Part shown: one piece after another, positions 27,631 to 32,000 of the stretch
Layout: every line of letters begins with the position of its first letter
Position numbering within the stretch: position 1 is the first letter of the stretch
From: Candidatus Babelota bacterium
GTDB lineage: Bacteria; Babelota; Babeliae; Babelales; Vermiphilaceae
Direction of reading: 5' to 3'
Assembly: GCA_039809905.1 (NCBI GenBank)
Contig: JBDHVY010000001.1
Location: 480,001-512,000, forward strand
DNA: 32,000 nt
Translations under genes and position numbers: made by a program
Notes under the pieces: generated by a model
Database searches by the model: none
The model's input: only the letters and a program-made list of their open reading frames with translations
What the model was told of the DNA's origin: nothing

Positions 27631-28395
27631 ATGAAACTAAAGTTGAAACCTAACAAATGTCTATTGCATATATGCTTATTTGTTGTATTAGGCTTAGGCC
27701 TTGTGGGCTGTCTTTCAAAAAATTTTGAATCAAATATAGCAATACCTTCTAAGACTAATTCTGAAAAAGAAAAAGATTGGGAGAAAATGGCAAACAAAGT
27801 TGATTATATAACCGATGCACTGGGTCTAAAAATAGACTCTAACATTAAAAAGACTGTAATTGTTTTGAATCTTCTTGGCTTTACAACAAGTGCATCGTGC
27901 GAAGGGCACCTTGATCACGGTTTAGCTTATCCCTGGGTTGATTTTGACACTGAAAACCAAGAAGTAATGGAATTAAACTCAAAACTCAGCTCGATTTTCC
28001 AACGTCTAGCAGAAGAAGAATCTGTAATTCAAAAAAAACATCCTGACTTATCCTTAGGTGAAGGAAACTCGCAAGATTTAACCACCTTATACCAAGAAAT
28101 GCATCGTTTAAATGACCTAATAGCAAAAACAGCTCTATCACAGCTTGTACCTTTAAATCGCTTAATTGATACTTTTTATAAGAATCGACCAGCTACCCCA
28201 GACCGAATGATTATTATTCATACGCTAAACACTACTTTTCAGAGAATGTATAGTGCGGGAGGAGATTGGCAAATCACTAGAAGTGAGCAAGAAATAAAAG
28301 ATAAACTCAAAGAATATCAACAAGAAATGATGGAATTAACAAACTTCTTGACGGATTATTATTTTAATACTAGTAGTACGCCTCCCCTAAAGTGA
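27631..28395 (+). CDS. Hypothetical lipoprotein
   Basis: The ORF begins at 27580, but the ATG at 27631 gives MKLKLKPNKCLLHICLFVVLGLGLVGC with an LVGC lipobox. A Cys/His-rich motif SCEGHLDHG is present. No family recognised. Confidence 0.65.
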   Translation: MKLKLKPNKCLLHICLFVVLGLGLVGCLSKNFESNIAIPSKTNSEKEKDWEKMANKVDYITDALGLKIDSNIKKTVIVLNLLGFTTSASCEGHLDHGLAYPWVDFDTENQEVMELNSKLSSIFQRLAEEESVIQKKHPDLSLGEGNSQDLTTLYQEMHRLNDLIAKTALSQLVPLNRLIDTFYKNRPATPDRMIIIHTLNTTFQRMYSAGGDWQITRSEQEIKDKLKEYQQEMMELTNFLTDYYFNTSSTPPLK

Positions 28396-28565
28396 ATTCC
28401 TCTGTCAAGACCAATTTTACTAAAAAATAAGATCCAAAAAAGATCGACCATGGAAATTGGTCATGTGTTCGGTATTTAAAAGCATGGATTGTGCTAAAGA
28501 ATTTGAGCTATATTTAAAATCACAATCCGGACGTGCATTCGCAAAAAAAAGATTTTGGTGATTTC

Positions 28566-28600
28566 AAAAGAACAGTCTTAAACTGTTCTTTTGCATTTGC
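28566..28600 (+). terminator. Putative rho-independent terminator (AT-rich stem)
   Basis: AAAAGAACAGT (28566-28576) pairs with ACTGTTCTTTT (28582-28592) as a perfect 11-bp stem. The T-rich run TTTTGCATTT begins inside the right arm (28589-28598). Confidence 0.5.
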
Positions 28601-28611
28601 TTAGGGCCTGT

Positions 28612-28655
28612 GAACAAAATCAAAAATATCCCCCTTGTAAACTCGGGGGATATTT
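28612..28655 (-). terminator. Rho-independent terminator for the minus-strand small ORF pair
   Basis: AAATATCCCCC (28624-28634) pairs with GGGGGATATTT (28645-28655), an 11-bp stem. On the minus strand it is followed by TTTTTGATTTTG. Confidence 0.7.
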
Positions 28656-28740
28656 GTTTAATAATAGCTATTTTTTATTTAATAGATTCCACCATTTGTA
28701 AATGAAGAGACCAGTAAATAGCCGTCGAATATATCTGAAA

Positions 28741-28962
28741 TCACTTTTTATGCAGATCCTTTTTAATGCTTTCAAAACCCATCCATGGGTTATAGAATGC
28801 TGATTGTTTAAACCGTTCTATATATAATGGCGTTAGAAAAATATACCACAAAGACATTACGGTAAACCTAATTATATGATCCCAGGTAATAACTACTGGT
28901 GTATAATCAGACGCTATATATTGAATAACCTGGCGTGAGGCCAAGCATATTAATATCATCAT
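28741..28962 (-). CDS. Small membrane protein, or the C-terminal half of a TAA-interrupted ORF
   Basis: 73 aa and hydrophobic. It is in the same frame as 28978..29181, separated by one TAA plus 5 sense codons, and has no convincing Shine-Dalgarno of its own. Confidence 0.45.
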   Translation of the reverse strand: MMILICLASRQVIQYIASDYTPVVITWDHIIRFTVMSLWYIFLTPLYIERFKQSAFYNPWMGFESIKKDLHKK

Positions 28963-28977
28963 TTCTATTTCGTTTTT

Positions 28978-29181
28978 TTATAACAAATCACATTGTTTTT
29001 GCCATAACCAAAAAGTTAGAAGGAACATAGGCATTATAAAGTTTCCAATAATTGTTCCAGGTAATATATAGACTGGATTCATTAATCCCAAGAAACCCAT
29101 AATACCATGAATAATAATTACCACTAAAAATATTGGCGTACACGTTCTTATATATAATTTTAGATAATCTATATAGCACAT
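28978..29181 (-). CDS. Small membrane protein, or the N-terminal half of a TAA-interrupted ORF
   Basis: 67 aa with two hydrophobic spans (TPIFLVVIIIHGIMGFLGL and IGNFIMPMFLLTFWLW). Confidence 0.45.
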   Translation of the reverse strand: MCYIDYLKLYIRTCTPIFLVVIIIHGIMGFLGLMNPVYILPGTIIGNFIMPMFLLTFWLWQKQCDLL

Positions 29182-29255
29182 ATTCTTTTATACTTTATGG
29201 TGTTTGTAACATATATTGGAAAAAATGATTTGTATTGTACTTCGCAAAAAAATTC

Positions 29256-29285
29256 TTGCACGTCCGCAGGGCTTTTTTTTATATT
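29256..29285 (+). promoter_or_regulatory. Putative sigma-70 promoter of the DJ-1/PfpI-like gene
   Basis: TTGCAC (29256-29261), a 17-18 nt spacer, then TTATAT/TATATT (29279-29285). It lies about 40 nt upstream of the ATG and overlaps the repeated motif TGCACGTCCG. Confidence 0.4.
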
Positions 29286-29324
29286 CTTCTCATTCATTAA
29301 TGTATAAAAAAAAGGAAAATAATC

Positions 29325-30035
29325 ATGAAAGTATTATTTATTATTACAGGCTCCGATAAGCAAGCATGGTTATCAGAAATTACCCACCCGTTCTGGCACC
29401 TTATGGAGCGTGGAATTGAGGTTGATTTTACCACCCTTGAGGGGGGAAATATTTATGTTAATCCATGGAGTGATCCTTATGCTAAGGAATCTGTAGAGCC
29501 TAATGATTTAGTTTCCAAAGGCTTTTTTTCGGATAAAACTCTCGTTCAGAAACTCATGAATACACTAAAACTTAAAGACATGGATTTGGATGACTATGAC
29601 GGAATTCATATAGCAGGTGGTTTGGGTGCGGCCTTTGATCTTTATCCAAATGAGCAAGTCGGGAAAACGCTTGAACATTTTTGGGAGAATGACAAGGTGA
29701 TTGGCGCCATATGCCACGGCTCTATTGCTCTTGCAAACAATCCTGATCGAATTCGAGGTCGCAGAGTAACCGGCTACACAAGAGAAGAAGACGCAATGAT
29801 GGAGAAACGACTCACCAAACCTATCGTAATATCCAATTACCCTCAGACAGTTCTCGAAGAAGCCGGTGCCATCTTTATAGGCGCAAAGGCTAATACCGAC
29901 AACGTTATCCTCGACAAAAAGCTGCTAACTGGTCAGAATCCATCTTCTGCCTCGGATTATGGCATTGCTTTATTACACCTAATGACCGGACGAACTCCCG
30001 TTGTAACGTTTAATGGATCAACTGAAAAAACATAA
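29325..30035 (+). CDS. DJ-1/PfpI (ThiJ) family, type-1 glutamine amidotransferase-like protein
   Basis: 236 aa. MKVLFIITGSD..., HIAGGLGAAFDL and the nucleophile elbow VIGAICHGSIAL, followed by LLTGQNPSSA, are typical of this family. Shine-Dalgarno AAGGAAAA lies upstream. Confidence 0.85.
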   Translation: MKVLFIITGSDKQAWLSEITHPFWHLMERGIEVDFTTLEGGNIYVNPWSDPYAKESVEPNDLVSKGFFSDKTLVQKLMNTLKLKDMDLDDYDGIHIAGGLGAAFDLYPNEQVGKTLEHFWENDKVIGAICHGSIALANNPDRIRGRRVTGYTREEDAMMEKRLTKPIVISNYPQTVLEEAGAIFIGAKANTDNVILDKKLLTGQNPSSASDYGIALLHLMTGRTPVVTFNGSTEKT

Positions 30036-30215
30036 TTATTTGCACTGTTCGTTCAAATTATTGACCAAATTATTACGCTCCTGTGGAGCTACGTATGGCA
30101 GGCCAGCTTTTTTTAAAGATTTAACAATAAAATTTTAAAATCTCTTCTTTTTTCTATCGCGATTTATTGCCTCAAAAACACCTTACCAGATTGGTTTTTC
30201 GCTCTTTCACCTATA

Positions 30216-30244
30216 TTGACATAACAAAGTTTTACCTATAAGAT
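30216..30244 (+). promoter_or_regulatory. Sigma-70-type promoter
   Basis: TTGACA (30216-30221), a 17-nt spacer, then TAAGAT (30239-30244), upstream of the 30317 ORF. A 7-bp hairpin AATGCTT/AAGCATT lies in the leader. Confidence 0.55.
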
Positions 30245-30316
30245 TTAAGAGAAAATGCTTTATTTATAAGCATTAAGATAGTGTTTTACAAATCAATTTA
30301 TTATCGAAGGATTCAT

Positions 30317-30706
30317 ATGAACTCACGCAATATGTTGCTCGCTGGACTTTTATTCGTAGCTCCTTTTTCAATGATGCTAGCAGAAGATACTAATCCATCT
30401 ACAACTACTACATCTACAGATAATAAACCTGGCATGCTATCAAAAATCGGTAATCTTATGATCGCTCCTTTTGCATTTGCATTTGCTACTGCACCTGATT
30501 ATGTTGCTAAAAATACTCTTGGCAAAATTGCAGCAATTGAATACCTTAAAGGCGGTAAAGTCGCATCTGTTATTGGTAATCAATATGTAGGTCGTGCAAC
30601 TGTTCTAGCTGCAACAGCATACACACTATACAAATTGAACAAAATGTATAACAACTCCCAAGATGATGTTGATGCTAACAACGAAGATTTTTTCGAAAGT
30701 AACTAA
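30317..30706 (+). CDS. Small secreted or membrane hypothetical protein
   Basis: The ORF begins at 30281, but the ATG at 30317 follows an AAGGA Shine-Dalgarno and gives signal peptide MNSRNMLLAGLLFVAPFSMMLA. A Thr-rich linker and a hydrophobic central region follow. Confidence 0.65.
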   Translation: MNSRNMLLAGLLFVAPFSMMLAEDTNPSTTTTSTDNKPGMLSKIGNLMIAPFAFAFATAPDYVAKNTLGKIAAIEYLKGGKVASVIGNQYVGRATVLAATAYTLYKLNKMYNNSQDDVDANNEDFFESN

Positions 30707-30726
30707 TACTTTTGTATTAAAAAATT

Positions 30727-30757
30727 AAAAGGAGCTTTTTTTAAGCTCCTCTTTTTT
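30727..30757. terminator. Bidirectional rho-independent terminator
   Basis: GGAGCTT (30731-30737) pairs with AAGCTCC (30743-30749) around a TTTTT loop. It is flanked by A and T runs and sits between convergent genes. Confidence 0.75.
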
Positions 30758-30765
30758 GATCCGTT

Positions 30766-31440
30766 TTATATGTTTCTATTTTTTTCTTCTAATTCTTTCT
30801 CTACCAATTCCGCTGTTTTTGATACCTTTTTAATCCATCTTAATAAAATATCTTGTTTTTCTTCATGCGATAATTGCCAGTTATATTCTGATTTGTGTAA
30901 TCGATTAATAACATCATATAAGCATAAAGCAACACTTACCGACACATTAAAACTTTCTACAAAACCAAACATTGGTATTTTTACAAACATATCTGCTTGC
31001 GCAAGAGCTTCTTGAGATAATCCCGTTTGTTCACTGCCAAAAAGAAGTGCCGTTTTTTGGTCAAGAGGCAAATCAGGCAATGAATATGATTGTAAATGCG
31101 GCGTTGTTGCAACAATGCGATAGCCTTCCTTTTTTAAGGCAGCAATAGAATCGGTAATTGAGGAATGTGATCTCACATCAACCCATTTTGATGCTCCCAT
31201 AGAAATGGTATCAACTGCTTTAAATTGATATTGCGCTTGCACTACGTTTACATCTTGTACCCCAAAAATATCACACGTACGTAATGCTGCACTGGCATTA
31301 TGTGATTGAAAAAGATCTTCAAGGACTACGGTTATATATCGTGTACGGTTTTGTAGCACTTCGTGCATTTTTTGAGTCTTATTTTCAGTAATGTACTGCA
31401 AGAGGTGATTTATTAATGGTGATTTATCAGAAATATCCAT
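30766..31440 (-). CDS. trmH: SpoU/TrmH-family RNA 2'-O-methyltransferase (likely tRNA Gm18 methyltransferase)
   Basis: 224 aa. RTRYITVVLEDLFQSHNASAALRTCDIFGVQDV, LLFGSEQTGLS and IPMFGFVESFNVSVSVAL correspond to SpoU motifs 1-3. Confidence 0.8.
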   Translation of the reverse strand: MDISDKSPLINHLLQYITENKTQKMHEVLQNRTRYITVVLEDLFQSHNASAALRTCDIFGVQDVNVVQAQYQFKAVDTISMGASKWVDVRSHSSITDSIAALKKEGYRIVATTPHLQSYSLPDLPLDQKTALLFGSEQTGLSQEALAQADMFVKIPMFGFVESFNVSVSVALCLYDVINRLHKSEYNWQLSHEEKQDILLRWIKKVSKTAELVEKELEEKNRNI

Positions 31441-31538
31441 TGCTTTTTTGCCTGTATTTTAAAAGAATTATTATTTTTTAGTATACAATTGTTTGAAATG
31501 AAGGGATATAGGGAATAAGGGGAAAGATTAAGATTAAT

Positions 31539-31860
31539 GCCCAATCTTATTGGGCTCCCGCACAAAAATTGAATTTTTGTGGAATTTACGTAGGGGTTCC
31601 TTGTCCGAACCCCTACAACCCCAGACACAACCATCCTGGTTGAACTCTTTCGGCATGAACTCGGGCTCTCATCTGCTGCGAGGACTACGCAGCTTCAAAC
31701 CCTCATCGGGCTGCGCCCTCTTGGCAGCATAGCCTCATGGGACTTTTCACCAATAAAATTCAAGCTTTGCTTGATTCTAGATGTTTTGAAGGAGAGTAGG
31801 ATGAAGCTCGCCTTACCGGCGATAGAGATAAAACTAATTGTAGGGTTGTTTTACTGAGCG
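31539..31860. ncRNA. Unclassified GC-rich, hairpin-dense non-coding block (candidate structured RNA; class and strand unresolved)
   Basis: I counted 33/60 and 36/60 G+C in 31621-31680 and 31681-31740, against about 19/60 in a typical coding sample (7441-7500). Perfect hairpins lie at 31539-31555, 31561-81, 31590-616 (10 bp), 31675-93 and 31710-28. Only short, implausible ORFs are present. Confidence 0.35.
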
Positions 31861-32000
31861 TGTGCCCGCGAAAGTAGGGTCGTAATTGAGTAGAATTATA
31901 AGAGGACAAAGTTGGATAAAATAAAGACTTTATACCACTGAAAAATACTGTATGAAGGGTTTGAGACTGCGTAGCTTTGCGCAGCAGGTGAAAGCCCAAG
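31861..32000 (+). mobile_element. Possible 5' end of a group II intron (domain I start), truncated by the window edge
   Basis: GTGTG fits the GUGYG 5' consensus. GTGTG-CCC-GCGAAAGTA-GGG-TCGTAATTGAGTAG parallels my recollection of Ll.LtrB, GUGCG-CCC-AGAUA-GGG-UGUUAAGUCAAGUAG. All three + frames are closed, and a CTGCG/CGCAG hairpin and GGTGAAAGCC follow. Confidence 0.35.

Noticed and set aside
27594-29179. ORFs 27594..27797 (-) and 28988..29179 (-)
   Set aside because: They are antisense to or frame-shifted against better-supported ORFs (the lipoprotein and the 67-aa membrane ORF).
31552-31585. GTGCG on the minus strand (TTTTTGTGCGGGAGCCC) as a group II intron 5' end
   Set aside because: An intron in that orientation would have to run through the intact trmH gene (30766..31440).
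31590-31670. 5S rRNA-like fragments on the minus strand (CATGCCGAA and GATGGTTGTGTCTGGGGT, compared with E. coli CAUGCCGAAC and GAUGGUAGUGUGGGGU)
   Set aside because: Spacing between the two blocks is ~12 nt too short. The conserved GAAGUGAAAC is absent, no helix I partner strands exist, and the GGGG...CCCC hairpin is a 10-bp stem unlike 5S helix IV/V.
31550-31732. Possible tmRNA: the + strand ORF here ends ...SSGCALLAA-TAG, resembling an SsrA tag ending in LAA
   Set aside because: I found no GGGG...GGAUUCGAC 5' domain or T-arm/acceptor with G3.U70 and ACCA on the + strand in the right places. The sequence before ACCA at 31641-44 cannot form an Ala-type acceptor stem. The putative tag (Cys, Pro, Arg-rich) is unlike known tags. 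A GGGGTTGTAGGGGTTCGGAC motif on the minus strand would force the RNA to run into trmH.
31560-31780. RNase P RNA on the minus strand (TGAAAAGTCCCATGAGGC resembles GAGGAAAGUCC-AUGC of P4)
   Set aside because: There is no matching 3' P4 strand (ACAGAANNCGGCUUA). The distance available is too short for even minimal RNase P. This needs a covariance-model search to settle.
30770-31999. ORFs 30770..31015 (+), 31413..31634 (-), 31760..31999 (-)
   Set aside because: The first is antisense to trmH. The others traverse the GC-rich, hairpin-dense block and the intron-like sequence, and their products are Arg/Ser/Leu/Pro-biased as expected from translating structured RNA.
1-32000. CRISPR arrays, rRNA operons, intact IS elements or transposases, and known defence-system genes
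   Set aside because: Scanning both strands by eye, I saw no regularly spaced direct repeats, no rRNA-like conserved blocks and no DDE, HUH or Cas-like motifs in any ORF of the track. The only recombinase is the decayed serine-recombinase remnant.

Overview
AT-rich (roughly one-third GC by eye), tightly packed bacterial chromosome segment using the standard code (TGA, TAA and TAG all end good ORFs). Recognisable genes: uvrB, an M3 (HEFGH) oligopeptidase, an alkaline-phosphatase/NPP-superfamily enzyme, a possible RecO-like protein translationally coupled to a 1207-aa MscK/KefA-type mechanosensitive channel, an amidase_3-like plus GerMN-like envelope operon, a RecD2-type helicase, a partial F1Fo ATP synthase cluster (c, b', b, delta, alpha only), tRNA-Arg(UCU), a DJ-1/PfpI-type protein and a TrmH/SpoU methyltransferase. 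Between them lie many orphan signal-peptide or membrane proteins and one ankyrin-like protein. That mix suggests a host-associated lineage such as Dependentiae/TM6, which is inference only. I found no CRISPR array, rRNA, intact transposase or recognisable multi-gene defence or secretion system. The signals most worth follow-up are: (1) a single-gene insertion bracketed by about 50-nt repeats that duplicate the 3' end of the peptidase gene; (2) a decayed integrative island at tRNA-Arg, with an internally deleted serine recombinase running into the tRNA, a GC-richer DJ-1 gene and a TAA-split membrane ORF, sitting where atpG/D/C would be expected; (3) an ATP synthase c subunit with the full Na+-binding ligand signature; (4) an amidase_3 homologue lacking two of three zinc ligands; (5) a tandem pair of Cys-conserved secreted paralogs; (6) a 55-60% GC, hairpin-dense non-coding block at the window end, followed by what looks like the 5' end of a group II intron.
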